Source: a virus (taxonomy: Duplodnaviria > Caudoviricetes). From it: 64,000 bases of DNA. The translations under genes were made by a program, and so were the position numbers. The DNA lies in IMG/VR virus record IMGVR_UViG_3300021979_000004, positions 96,001-160,000 of that record; one strand, 5' to 3'. Under the pieces are notes generated by a model. The model saw nothing but the letters and a program-made list of their open reading frames with translations, was not told the origin of the DNA and did no database searches. Numbering within the stretch: the stretch's first letter is position 1; every line of letters starts with the position of its first letter. Of this stretch, positions 38,497-47,326 are shown one piece after another.

Positions 38497-39906
38497 ATGC
38501 GTCTATCAAAATTATTACTAGAAACCCAAGTATCAGATGTCTTTTCAGACACATTTGAAACTTTTATTTCTGACTATAATGTTATTTATTCGAGAAACTT
38601 GTTTGTGGTTTTCAGCAACAAAGAAGTTTCTGACCCTTCAGATTTGATGGTTGATTCAGGTACAAACCTACCAATAGCGTTCCCTCTACAATCCGTAGTT
38701 GATAATCCTTCTCAATATGTGGATTATGCAGAGTACAAATACTTATACGTTATTCAGATTGAAGGTAGTGTGTTCCATTTAAAGAATATTAAACTATCTC
38801 ATGTAAAAGAAATTTCTAAGAGAATAGGTCTTTCTAAAGAAGATTTTGATTTTATGATTTCTAAGTTTAGCGACAACTACAAAACATCTAACCCAAGCAT
38901 AGAGAGTTACATGTTTAGTAAATTATTGTTTAACGATGTCGAAATAAAAGATGAAGAAATTAAGTTAACAAAAGTTAGTAACAATACTGTTGTTAGACGC
39001 TTAAAGAAGCTAGGTATATCTGCACTTGTACAAGATCAGGACTCGGGAAGTAATTTGATTTCAACAACACATAAGAACGTTGCTGTAGTAAGTGGTAAGT
39101 CTTTTAATGTGAAGTCTGAATATCTATTGCAAAAAGAACCGAAAGAAGAAATTCAAAAACGAATCAATGACGATTCATACCTATACTTCAGAGACAACAA
39201 ATATATGCGAGGTGTGGCTGAGCAGATTGCTAAAGGGTTAGGAACCAAGCTAAACTCCGATCCTGCATACACACTATTCTTGGATTATTATTTCTGGACT
39301 GTCGATGGTATTGAAATAGTAATCACAGTAGCTTTCGGTAAAGAAGAAGAGTCTGATGATCACGACAATGTTTATTATGTGATAGAAGCTGACACACCTT
39401 ATGGTGTTTTGGTACACAGGGTCCATACTGACGACAGTCTTGATAGTATTGAGAAAGAGATTGCGAACGTATACAGTTCACATGTTGTTCCTAACGACGA
39501 TTGGGAACCTACTAACAGAGACATATTCCTTGATACTGAGCGAAGAGAATATAAACTGTTTGATGTACACTACGATGACGTTGTTAGTGTTGTCGATGAG
39601 TTCTACCCGATTATTCAAAGTTTAGGCAGACAGTATTCAATAGCATTGCCTGCACTAACATACTTTGGTAATTTTGATAAAATCTTTATTCATCAGTTTA
39701 TAGAGTTCATTGCTTCAAACCCTACGCCTCCTGTACAGTTGATGAAAGAACTTGAAGAAAAGGATTATGATTTCAACCAACTGTTCTTCATGCCTATGCC
39801 AAAGAAGATGTCTGTGGATATTTTGAAGAATATTGCTATGATCTATTCAATTGTTAAGGAAAGACGACCCAACTCCAACGGCTGGCACTTATTTAAAGAC
39901 AAGTAA
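38497..39906 (+). CDS. late acidic protein, candidate head-internal protein
   Basis: 469 aa; MRLSKLLLE leader. Confidence 0.75.
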   Translation: MRLSKLLLETQVSDVFSDTFETFISDYNVIYSRNLFVVFSNKEVSDPSDLMVDSGTNLPIAFPLQSVVDNPSQYVDYAEYKYLYVIQIEGSVFHLKNIKLSHVKEISKRIGLSKEDFDFMISKFSDNYKTSNPSIESYMFSKLLFNDVEIKDEEIKLTKVSNNTVVRRLKKLGISALVQDQDSGSNLISTTHKNVAVVSGKSFNVKSEYLLQKEPKEEIQKRINDDSYLYFRDNKYMRGVAEQIAKGLGTKLNSDPAYTLFLDYYFWTVDGIEIVITVAFGKEEESDDHDNVYYVIEADTPYGVLVHRVHTDDSLDSIEKEIANVYSSHVVPNDDWEPTNRDIFLDTERREYKLFDVHYDDVVSVVDEFYPIIQSLGRQYSIALPALTYFGNFDKIFIHQFIEFIASNPTPPVQLMKELEEKDYDFNQLFFMPMPKKMSVDILKNIAMIYSIVKERRPNSNGWHLFKDK

Positions 39907-39909
39907 ATC

Positions 39910-39938
39910 TTGACAGTTTCCAAACCTAACGGTAGACT
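39910..39938 (+). promoter_or_regulatory. sigma70-like promoter
   Basis: TTGACA-17nt-TAGACT. Confidence 0.65.
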
Positions 39939-39968
39939 ATCTCCTAACTCAACATTAGGAGATTTTTT

Positions 39969-40319
39969 ATGAGTAAAGCATATCAAGAAAAAGTACGGCA
40001 TATTCGGGGATTCAAAGTATCTGGTGAGTTCGGCATTCAGAATACTTACTTTACTGTGGTTTCCCGTAAATTGGATGAAAATACAGTTCAGTACCAAGTA
40101 GCGTATTGTTCTCCACATGATACTTTCGTAAAGAAAGAAGGCATTCGTATTGCACGAGACAGCGAAAAGGTCTATACTGTTGATATCAACGATGGGGCAA
40201 CCTTCAAGGATATTAACTTTGCTATTATTGTAGACATGGTTAAGAACCGTGAAGATGCACCAAAAGCTCACCGTTCCTACCTTGAAACAATCTTTGATTC
40301 ACTGGTAGAGGGATTCTAA
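39969..40319 (+). CDS. hypothetical protein
   Basis: 116-aa ORF with RBS GGAG. Confidence 0.75.
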   Translation: MSKAYQEKVRHIRGFKVSGEFGIQNTYFTVVSRKLDENTVQYQVAYCSPHDTFVKKEGIRIARDSEKVYTVDINDGATFKDINFAIIVDMVKNREDAPKAHRSYLETIFDSLVEGF

Positions 40320-40331
40320 ACGAGGTAATTT

Positions 40332-40577
40332 ATGCTAACAACTGCACTGACATATATCATTCTGGCCGCAGCATTGTTTGTTGTGTATACGTATATGACT
40401 AGTCCAATGAGCTTAAGCTTTATGGGTAAGCCAAAATACAAAGGCTTGGGATACTTGGCAGTCTTTGCTGTATCGTTAATAACAATTGTGCTTATTGAAT
40501 GTATCAGTGCAGTGCTTAGTCTCTTTGGGATCAAAGAAGATTTGGCTCAAGAAATTTACGATCATAAGAAGGACTAA
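40332..40577 (+). CDS. small membrane protein
   Basis: Two TM segments; RBS GAGG. Confidence 0.7.
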   Translation: MLTTALTYIILAAALFVVYTYMTSPMSLSFMGKPKYKGLGYLAVFAVSLITIVLIECISAVLSLFGIKEDLAQEIYDHKKD

Positions 40578-41369
40578 TCAGTCCTTCTTTCTTTTCTGTC
40601 CTTCCCCTCTACTTAAGAGGTTCCATTTTATATTTGATTTATCGAATGTACCTAACTTAGTTTTAAATTTTTCAACACCATCGTCGTCTAGCATCTGTTT
40701 GTATCTAGCTTTCCTATTTGATAGCTCATCATTAGTAAACTTACCAATGTTATCAAAGTCGATACCTTTCATTATAGCAACTTTATTATCAGTATAATCA
40801 CCGGTAGTGAAGTAAGTACATATTTGTCCTACGATTTCAGTAAAAAATACTGGCTTTAGTCGTTTAGGTAAAAGCTTGGTGTGTGATAGATATGTGTTCA
40901 TTTCGCCACGCACGGTAAAACTATTTTTACTAAAGCGATAGTCTTTATAATTAGGAGTCTTTTCATAATTATTTTTCGCTAACATCTTAGCAAACTCTTT
41001 TTCATTTGGAAGATGGTGTCCAACAAAGTCATGCACTGCACGAAGAATGTCATTTTCAACACCTGTTAAACCGGGATGGTCATCATCTGATGGAGTTTTG
41101 AAAATCTTCATCCTATTATTGACAATAATATCATACATCATTTCTTTTTGATTTTTGTATGGATCGCGTGAAGTATATTGGATATCAACCTTTTTCATTA
41201 TTTTACCAAGCATCTTTTCGTTATGTCTGGCTACTTCTTTCCAAAGGCTTGCAACATTTTCATCATATGTTGGCAACTCTTGGTATTCTTCGGCAACGAC
41301 AATGCAATATGCAACTAAATCATTACCGTTTGTTACTATTGATTCGTTAAGTACGTCATTTATTCTCAT
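40578..41369 (-). CDS. late protein with HDxxGH putative metal site
   Basis: MRINDVLNE leader; ILRAVHDFVGHH..FTVRGE. Confidence 0.7.
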   Translation of the reverse strand: MRINDVLNESIVTNGNDLVAYCIVVAEEYQELPTYDENVASLWKEVARHNEKMLGKIMKKVDIQYTSRDPYKNQKEMMYDIIVNNRMKIFKTPSDDDHPGLTGVENDILRAVHDFVGHHLPNEKEFAKMLAKNNYEKTPNYKDYRFSKNSFTVRGEMNTYLSHTKLLPKRLKPVFFTEIVGQICTYFTTGDYTDNKVAIMKGIDFDNIGKFTNDELSNRKARYKQMLDDDGVEKFKTKLGTFDKSNIKWNLLSRGEGQKRKKD

Positions 41370-41797
41370 GGTGTGTTCTTATACCTTTCTACTATACCCT
41401 CAAGAATATGATACTTTGTTTCGAGGGTTTTCTTTAATCCTTGGTGAATATCTATTTTTCCAATGCAATTCAAAGGTAACCATATAAAATCATTTGTCTC
41501 TCTACTGGATATCTTGAAGTCGTCAAACTTCTCAACAACCATAACAAATGAGTAATAAACAAATTTCCTATCGTCACTTAGAAAAACATCTAATGGAAAG
41601 AGCTTGTCAAATTCAGGGTAAGTACCAAGCTCTTCTTTTATTTCTCGTTTTAAGCCTTGGGCGAAGTTCTCACCTCTTTCGAGCTTTCCGCCCCAGAATC
41701 CCCACTTCAGAGGGTGTGATGATGTTTTTGAGCGTTGCTGCAACAAAAACATATCTTTATCTTTGTCGTAAATTAAACATCCTACACATTTAATCAT
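41366..41797 (-). CDS. NUDIX hydrolase
   Basis: WGGKLERGENFAQGLKREIKEELG. Confidence 0.9.
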   Translation of the reverse strand: MIKCVGCLIYDKDKDMFLLQQRSKTSSHPLKWGFWGGKLERGENFAQGLKREIKEELGTYPEFDKLFPLDVFLSDDRKFVYYSFVMVVEKFDDFKISSRETNDFIWLPLNCIGKIDIHQGLKKTLETKYHILEGIVERYKNTP

Positions 41798-41806
41798 GTT
41801 ACCTTC

Positions 41807-42565
41807 TTAGCCAAAGTAGATGTTATAACCCTCATCATCAGTTACAGAGTTCTGTAATTGTTCATCGAGTTTTTCCATCTCAGCTTGAGCTTCCTGTTTC
41901 AATTCGCTTCCGTTCAGTGTAACACCACCTTGTGGTCCTGCCAAGGTCTGGAATTTACTACGGGCTTCACCCATAATCATCTTGGCTTTTGCAGCAGCGT
42001 ATGAAATTATCCATGGGCGAATATACACATCACCTAGAAGCTCTTCATCACTTCTATAGGACTCAGTGACCAGAAGGAAAACTTCATCACGGCCAATCTT
42101 ATTGAATATCTGTAGAATCTTAGTACTAGGGTTCCAAGAATAATCAATACGACCAGCAACGATTTGTTCCAGTGTCTTTATGTAGTTGTGTTGAATATGC
42201 ACTGTGGCAATACTACCGTATGTCATATTCTGGTTTAGAGCGTGCATCATCTGGTTCATATACATCATCAAGAATGGGTCTTGTGTGTAGTCAGTTGCGG
42301 CACTTGAACCGATAGTATTTCTTTTTATTTCTTTTATATCAACAATATCAGTATCACTTAGATCATACTGTTGAGTAAACTTTTTATATTTAAAAATAGT
42401 ACCAGTTTCGGCAGTGGCATTTGAGGCACGTTGTCTATAAACTTTCATTGCAAAGTCAAGGCAATAGTTGATATGTTCTTTCTTAAGGTCTACATCAACA
42501 ATTCCATCGCCTAGCGTAAGTCTTACCTCTTGTACAGCTTGTTTCATTACTTTTGATTCAGGCAT
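41807..42565 (-). CDS. neck protein (T4 gp13-like)
   Basis: LGDGIVDVDL, WIISYAAAKAKMIMGEARSKF..GPQGGVTLNG..LKQEAQ. Confidence 0.85.
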   Translation of the reverse strand: MPESKVMKQAVQEVRLTLGDGIVDVDLKKEHINYCLDFAMKVYRQRASNATAETGTIFKYKKFTQQYDLSDTDIVDIKEIKRNTIGSSAATDYTQDPFLMMYMNQMMHALNQNMTYGSIATVHIQHNYIKTLEQIVAGRIDYSWNPSTKILQIFNKIGRDEVFLLVTESYRSDEELLGDVYIRPWIISYAAAKAKMIMGEARSKFQTLAGPQGGVTLNGSELKQEAQAEMEKLDEQLQNSVTDDEGYNIYFG

Positions 42566-42618
42566 AGTGTTTTATCCTTTTAGTTTATAGTATTTATTGA
42601 CGAACAGTATGTTTATGA

Positions 42619-42626
42619 TATAAATA
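42619..42626 (+). promoter_or_regulatory. T4-type late promoter
   Basis: TATAAATA upstream of the terminase fragment; AATAAATA on the opposite strand at 42591-42598 faces gp13. Confidence 0.75.
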
Positions 42627-42652
42627 ATATGTACATAAAAAAGGATAATAAG

Positions 42653-42997
42653 ATGAGTGAAAAGTTTACAGACTCTTTTGTAGTTGAAGATTGGGAAGTA
42701 CTAACGCCGGTCGGATACCGAGATATAATGAGCTTTCATAAAACAATTGAGTTTGATGTATGGGAAATATCAACTGATAGCTTCACCCTGAAGTGTGCTG
42801 ATGATCATATTGTTATGAAGCATGGGGTAGTTGAGACATTTGTTAAAAATATCAACGTAGGTGATAAAATCTTGACGGATAACGGACTTGAAACTGTTAT
42901 CGAAGTCAAAGACTTGGGTTACAAAGAACCGATGTATGATATTCAAGTAAATGATTTCTCTCAGCTATATTACAGTAATGGTATTGTAAGTCATAAT
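42653..42997 (+). mobile_element. split intein C-terminal half (115 aa, atypically long IntC)
   Basis: Block B-like CADDH, block F MYDIQV, block G NGIVSHN followed by Thr +1; no N-terminal Cys/Ser block A. Confidence 0.9.
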
Positions 42998-43546
42998 ACT
43001 GCTTGTGCATCGCTTTATCTATTGTGGTATGCGATGTTCGTACCTGATACAAACATTCTAGTAGCGGCTCACAAAGGCAGTGGTGCGGCAGAAATCATGG
43101 ATCGTATACGTTATGCGTATGAAGAATGTCCAGATCATATACGTTGTGGTGTCACCACTTATGCTAGTGGACGTATCGTATTTGACAACAAGTCTTCTAT
43201 AGTTGCACAAACCACTACAGAAAATACAGGACGTGGTTTATCTATTTCCTTGCTTTACTGTTTGGATGCTGGTACTATGGTTCGGGTCAGAGATAAGGAA
43301 ACTAAAGAAGAGAAAGACGTTTCTTTGGAAACCTTATACACTGAGCTTAATGGCGATGAGTTCATTGAGTTTAAGAAGCAAGCCATGCTCAGAGTAGTAT
43401 TTGAAGACGATTATTATGTGGATGTCCCTGAGTCGTACATGTTTACCGTGAATGACATAAAGACAACCATAGAGAACATTACACATGGTGATGAAATATT
43501 GATCGGAAACGAATACTTTAAAGTTGTTGATATACAAGCAATTTAA
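42653..43546 (+). CDS. terL: terminase large subunit middle fragment: IntC(1)-TerL extein-IntN(2)
   Basis: Start MSEKF (RBS AAGGA); extein AHKGSGAAEIMDRI..VFDNKSSI..NTGRGLSISLLY matches the T4 gp17 ATPase between Walker A and Walker B. Confidence 0.9.
   Translation: MSEKFTDSFVVEDWEVLTPVGYRDIMSFHKTIEFDVWEISTDSFTLKCADDHIVMKHGVVETFVKNINVGDKILTDNGLETVIEVKDLGYKEPMYDIQVNDFSQLYYSNGIVSHNTACASLYLLWYAMFVPDTNILVAAHKGSGAAEIMDRIRYAYEECPDHIRCGVTTYASGRIVFDNKSSIVAQTTTENTGRGLSISLLYCLDAGTMVRVRDKETKEEKDVSLETLYTELNGDEFIEFKKQAMLRVVFEDDYYVDVPESYMFTVNDIKTTIENITHGDEILIGNEYFKVVDIQAI
43259..43543 (+). mobile_element. split intein N-terminal half (95 aa)
   Basis: Block A CLDAGTMVRV..VSLETLY; ends at a stop with no block F/G. 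Confidence 0.85.
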
Positions 43547-43562
43547 ATTTTAAAAAAGTGTG

Positions 43563-43590
43563 TTGACAAAATTTCTGAAGCTGGTAATCT
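43563..43590 (+). promoter_or_regulatory. sigma70-like early promoter
   Basis: TTGACA-16nt-(TGG)TAATCT. Confidence 0.55.
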
Positions 43591-43656
43591 GTAAACAGAT
43601 CGAAACAAACGATCTACTAAACAAACTAAACAAACTTACTTTTGAGGTAATTAATT

Positions 43657-43956
43657 ATGGCACAGCAAGACTTTAACCGTAACCGTCAGCGTAACCCACG
43701 TCGCAACGATAATCGTCGTAACGAAAATCGTATGCCTCTGGACCCACTGGTGCTTCAGGCGCTAGACTTCATCAACCTTCACGCTGACAATAGTCGTGTT
43801 TATAAGTGCTTCCATAAGAGCAAGAAAACTGGCACTCTGGAAACTTTCGGTGTGTATAACAGCGTGACTAAGAAACACGCTATCTTCTACACCACGAATT
43901 TCTTCCCGCAAGATTTCATGGAAATCAAGCTGGTCACTCTTGAGAAAGATAGCTGA
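43657..43956 (+). CDS. hypothetical protein with Arg/Asn-rich N-terminus
   Basis: NRNRQRNPRRNDNRRNENR; A-rich leader and RBS GAGG. Confidence 0.8.
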   Translation: MAQQDFNRNRQRNPRRNDNRRNENRMPLDPLVLQALDFINLHADNSRVYKCFHKSKKTGTLETFGVYNSVTKKHAIFYTTNFFPQDFMEIKLVTLEKDS

Positions 43957-43990
43957 TAAGGTGTGGGGGTTTATCCCCCACAATAAACTT

Positions 43991-44341
43991 ATGCTTAGAT
44001 TTTTAATCATAGCCCTCTTAGTGATTAATATTGGTGCAAATGCCAATGAAGTCCATCATCGCGAATGGACTATACCAAGCAAAGGTAATGTGGAGTATAA
44101 CAAAAGCTTTTCCTTTTGTACTGTAGCTTCAGATGAAGCTTTTCTACAAATGGTAGAAAGCAAAAGGATAGATGACAACAAAGAGATTGTAGTAAGGTTT
44201 GTGAATAACAACTTTTCTAATACGTTGTTTTATGAATTTTACATGGGTATGGCAAACTATGTTTTCTCAACAAATGAATTGAATATTGATGAAGACTCTG
44301 CTATATTCTTTAAGAAATGTATGAACATGGCTTACGAGTGA
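43991..44341 (+). CDS. exported protein (signal peptide-like N-terminus)
   Basis: MLRFLIIALLVINIGANA-NE. Confidence 0.6.
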   Translation: MLRFLIIALLVINIGANANEVHHREWTIPSKGNVEYNKSFSFCTVASDEAFLQMVESKRIDDNKEIVVRFVNNNFSNTLFYEFYMGMANYVFSTNELNIDEDSAIFFKKCMNMAYE

Positions 44342-44352
44342 GGATAAATTGT

Positions 44353-44751
44353 ATGGCTGATGATAAAGACAAAAATCTAGAACATGAAATGGAGTATGAC
44401 GAGGAAGGTAATCTCAAAAAGATGCGCCTTAGTCGTGAGAAAATGTTTCGTGATCGTTGGGATGGAGTAATGGAAATTCGATTCTATTCAAAGCAGCACG
44501 TTCAACGTATTTCAATCGCTTGTAAGAAAGCACTTGGCGAAGCAGGTATTGATTGGGATACATACGTAAGTGGACACGCTCGTGTATCTGATATCATTCG
44601 ACACAATGCCGAGAGTGAAGATGAAATGAAAGATCAAATCTTCTTGATCGGATACAAGAACAACGGTAAGAATGATGTTGAAGATTTCGAGAAACGTATC
44701 AAACGTCTCAAGCTAAAATATCTGTTCTCAGGTGTGACACGACGTTCATGA
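44353..44751 (+). CDS. hypothetical protein
   Basis: Start MADDK (RBS GAGGA). Confidence 0.7.
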   Translation: MADDKDKNLEHEMEYDEEGNLKKMRLSREKMFRDRWDGVMEIRFYSKQHVQRISIACKKALGEAGIDWDTYVSGHARVSDIIRHNAESEDEMKDQIFLIGYKNNGKNDVEDFEKRIKRLKLKYLFSGVTRRS

Positions 44752-44837
44752 TTTAAATTTAGGAGCTAATTAGTATCATCCTTCTAATACTTTTACTGCA
44801 AATAAAACCGAATCGATACTTAAACTTCTCCTATCAT

Positions 44838-44863
44838 AATCTCCCTTCGGGGAGATTTTTTTT
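44838..44863 (+). terminator. intrinsic terminator with UUCG loop
   Basis: AATCTCCC-TTCG-GGGAGATT plus T run. Confidence 0.85.
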
Positions 44864-44873
44864 GTTTATAGAC

Positions 44874-44902
44874 TTGCAACCCTTCCCAAACTAGCCTATA
44901 AT
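44874..44902 (+). promoter_or_regulatory. sigma70-like early promoter
   Basis: TTGCAA-17nt-TATAAT. Confidence 0.75.
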
Positions 44903-44933
44903 AGTATTATAAATTGAGACAGGGGATTTGATT

Positions 44934-45785
44934 ATGAATATTCCAGAGAACGAAGTATCAGCTTTCATTTCATACGGTGAGAAGAAGTGCATGTATACCC
45001 TTTGGGTAATCGTAGATCGTATCTACACTGTCGGCAAGATGCAGCGCAAAGAGCGTTATTCTCGCTACGTCAAAAACCTTTCTACTGATAAAGAAACTGC
45101 TATTGATAAAGCTGTTGAGTACGCTTCTGAACATGGTATTGAGTTTGTTTCCACTACCAATGCTGATGCTCTTCTGAATGAAATCGAGCGCCGTACTGCC
45201 GAAGAAATGGAAGCTGTACGCGCCAAAGCACAACAGGAAGCGGAAGAAGCCGAACAACGTGCTATCGAAGAGCGTGACCGTAAGATTGAAGAAATGGTTG
45301 TTATCTTCGAAGAGCAGTTTGATAGTGACAAGTTTACCTTTGGTAAGCATCAAGGCTCTACCTTCGAAGAAGTTATGCAGAAAGATTCCCAATACATTCG
45401 CTTCATTCTGGATAACAACGAAGAGTGCCCGTTTGAGTTTCCCCGTACTCTTACTGAAATGTGCATCAACAGCCTTTATGCATATGTTCAGGAAAACGGT
45501 TACCCTAAGAATCCTCTGGATGATTCCGAATACGTTGGTAACTACAAAGAGCGTATTGAAATCAAAGTAAAGGTTATTGGTAAGAGTGTATTTCAAACAC
45601 AGTTTGGCTTTACCACTCTGTACAAGTTCATGGACGACGAAAACAACCTGTTGGTTACTTTTTACTCAGGTTCTACTTGGAGTCTGGACCGCGATGAGGA
45701 AGCTTTCATTGTGGGTACTGTAGATAAGCACGAGGTTTATAACAACGTTAAACAAACAACGTTGAAAAGGGTAAAAGTAAAATAA
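44934..45785 (+). CDS. early protein with FGKH-type small domain and C-terminal OB-like fold
   Basis: FTFGKHQGSTFEEV..YIRFI; C-terminal beta-rich GTVDKHEVYNNVKQTTLKRVK. Confidence 0.7.
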   Translation: MNIPENEVSAFISYGEKKCMYTLWVIVDRIYTVGKMQRKERYSRYVKNLSTDKETAIDKAVEYASEHGIEFVSTTNADALLNEIERRTAEEMEAVRAKAQQEAEEAEQRAIEERDRKIEEMVVIFEEQFDSDKFTFGKHQGSTFEEVMQKDSQYIRFILDNNEECPFEFPRTLTEMCINSLYAYVQENGYPKNPLDDSEYVGNYKERIEIKVKVIGKSVFQTQFGFTTLYKFMDDENNLLVTFYSGSTWSLDRDEEAFIVGTVDKHEVYNNVKQTTLKRVKVK

Positions 45786-45807
45786 AGGGGCCTAAGCCCC
45801 TTTATTT
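45781..45807. terminator. bidirectional terminator
   Basis: AATAAAGGGGC-CTAA-GCCCCTTTATT. Confidence 0.8.
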
Positions 45808-45808
45808 A

Positions 45809-47164
45809 TTATTGCTTTTCACTTCTTACTTCAGTTAGGTTGATAGTATTGAATGTGAAAGATGTATTGTTCATCGTAGTAGAAAACGCAGCTTCTGATA
45901 ATTGAGTTGGATCAGAAAACGTATGTGTTTCGTTAGCTGAACTTAGTGACACGCTACCCCAAGATAATGCACTATGGTTAGTAGCTGATCCAGTAACGTT
46001 AGTAAAATCACTGGATATTTTAATAGTTGCTGCATCAAAAGTTCCTGATCCAGTACTACTTACAGGGGCACTTCCGCCTATTAAATAAGAACCGTCTGAA
46101 GCCTTTGTTATATGATATAAAAGCACACCACTGTCTAACTCTACTGAAGAAGTTATATTTAAGCTCCCATCAAGCTTTAACACAAAACCAGTGCTTACAT
46201 ATACTTGTGGGTCTTTTTGATAACCTCCTAAGACCACCAATCCATTGTCATAATAGACACTTTGTATTGATAATGGCAACACACCATTATATAATCTTTT
46301 TTGAGATAGTGTGTTTAAGTCTTTATCTAACTCAAAAATTAATCCTTCGTCATGATCTGTATAATAACCGCGTCCAACAATAGCAACACCATTAGGAGTT
46401 GTACAAATGTCAGCGAATTGTGATCTTATCATACTCGCGGTAGAATTTAAATACTTCTTACTAACTAAGTTTAGTGTATTATCAAACTTAGCGATAAATC
46501 CATACCCAGATGTGTTTTCAGAGTCGTCAGTACCAATAGCAATATAGCCATCGGATACTTGAACTACTTTAAAAAGCTCATTCGCATTTGGACCGGATAA
46601 GAGGTTTGTATTAAGAACGTTTAGGTTTTGATCAAACTTCATGATAAGGGCATCAAAACCATCAACGAATGCTGTACCAACCGCTACATAGCTGTTATTG
46701 TCGCCTTGGATAACATCATAAAATCTTTTACCACCACTTCCACTTGTTACCTTTTGTGTTATAATATTAAGATTACCATCACTATCGCATATAAATGCTT
46801 CGCTTGAGTCAGTAGCAGTATAAACTTGACCCACAGCTACAAACTCATTATTGTAACTTGGAATAACAGAATCAAATGTTGAAATCTGGCCGGTGTCGGT
46901 ACTTAGATGTGTTTGTTGGGTAATATTTAACGCACTATCATACTTAACCATTAATGGCATTTTTGCCGGACTGTTGGTAGTATATTCATACCCAACAGAG
47001 AAAATACTTCCTCCTGAGCTTTCGTAGACACTCGCTATTTGATCATTACTAGTTGTTCCACCACCCAAGGTAGATATGACCCATGATTGAAAATCAGCAA
47101 CAGAAACCGCTTTAGGGATACGTATACCATTAAAATCGGCTGTGTATATTTTTATTCCACCCAT
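45809..47164 (-). CDS. beta-propeller-like repeat protein, likely virion/tail-associated
   Basis: About 50-aa repeats (VAVG..KFDQNLN, IAIG..KFDNTLN, VLGG..KLDGSLN); GATAAATA at 47204-47211. Confidence 0.65.
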   Translation of the reverse strand: MGGIKIYTADFNGIRIPKAVSVADFQSWVISTLGGGTTSNDQIASVYESSGGSIFSVGYEYTTNSPAKMPLMVKYDSALNITQQTHLSTDTGQISTFDSVIPSYNNEFVAVGQVYTATDSSEAFICDSDGNLNIITQKVTSGSGGKRFYDVIQGDNNSYVAVGTAFVDGFDALIMKFDQNLNVLNTNLLSGPNANELFKVVQVSDGYIAIGTDDSENTSGYGFIAKFDNTLNLVSKKYLNSTASMIRSQFADICTTPNGVAIVGRGYYTDHDEGLIFELDKDLNTLSQKRLYNGVLPLSIQSVYYDNGLVVLGGYQKDPQVYVSTGFVLKLDGSLNITSSVELDSGVLLYHITKASDGSYLIGGSAPVSSTGSGTFDAATIKISSDFTNVTGSATNHSALSWGSVSLSSANETHTFSDPTQLSEAAFSTTMNNTSFTFNTINLTEVRSEKQ

Positions 47165-47252
47165 AATTTATAATTCTCCTATTATTATTATTATCAGTTG
47201 TAATATTTATCAATAATTTATTTTCGAAAACTTAATGGTTATTTGTTATCTA

Positions 47253-47280
47253 TTGACAAGTGCTGCTTTTGTGATAAGTT
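47253..47280 (+). promoter_or_regulatory. sigma70-like promoter
   Basis: TTGACA-16nt-TAAGTT. Confidence 0.5.
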
Positions 47281-47326
47281 TTAAAGACCGTAATTTATAG
47301 ATACAACAATACGAAAGGGCAAAATA

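Noticed and set aside
42629-42652. Track start MYIKKDNK for the terL fragment as a possible extra N-extein
   Set aside because: This ATG is only 2 nt after the late promoter, so it lies upstream of the likely transcript start. The RBS fits the ATG at 42653, and the peptide has no TerL similarity.
44752-44837. Possible small RNA in the intergenic gap (AGTATC/GATACT pairing)
   Set aside because: The pairing is short and expected by chance in AT-rich DNA; the gap is explained by a 3' UTR before the terminator.
47180-47195. ATT microsatellite upstream of the propeller gene
   Set aside because: Short and non-coding; there is no evidence of phase variation.
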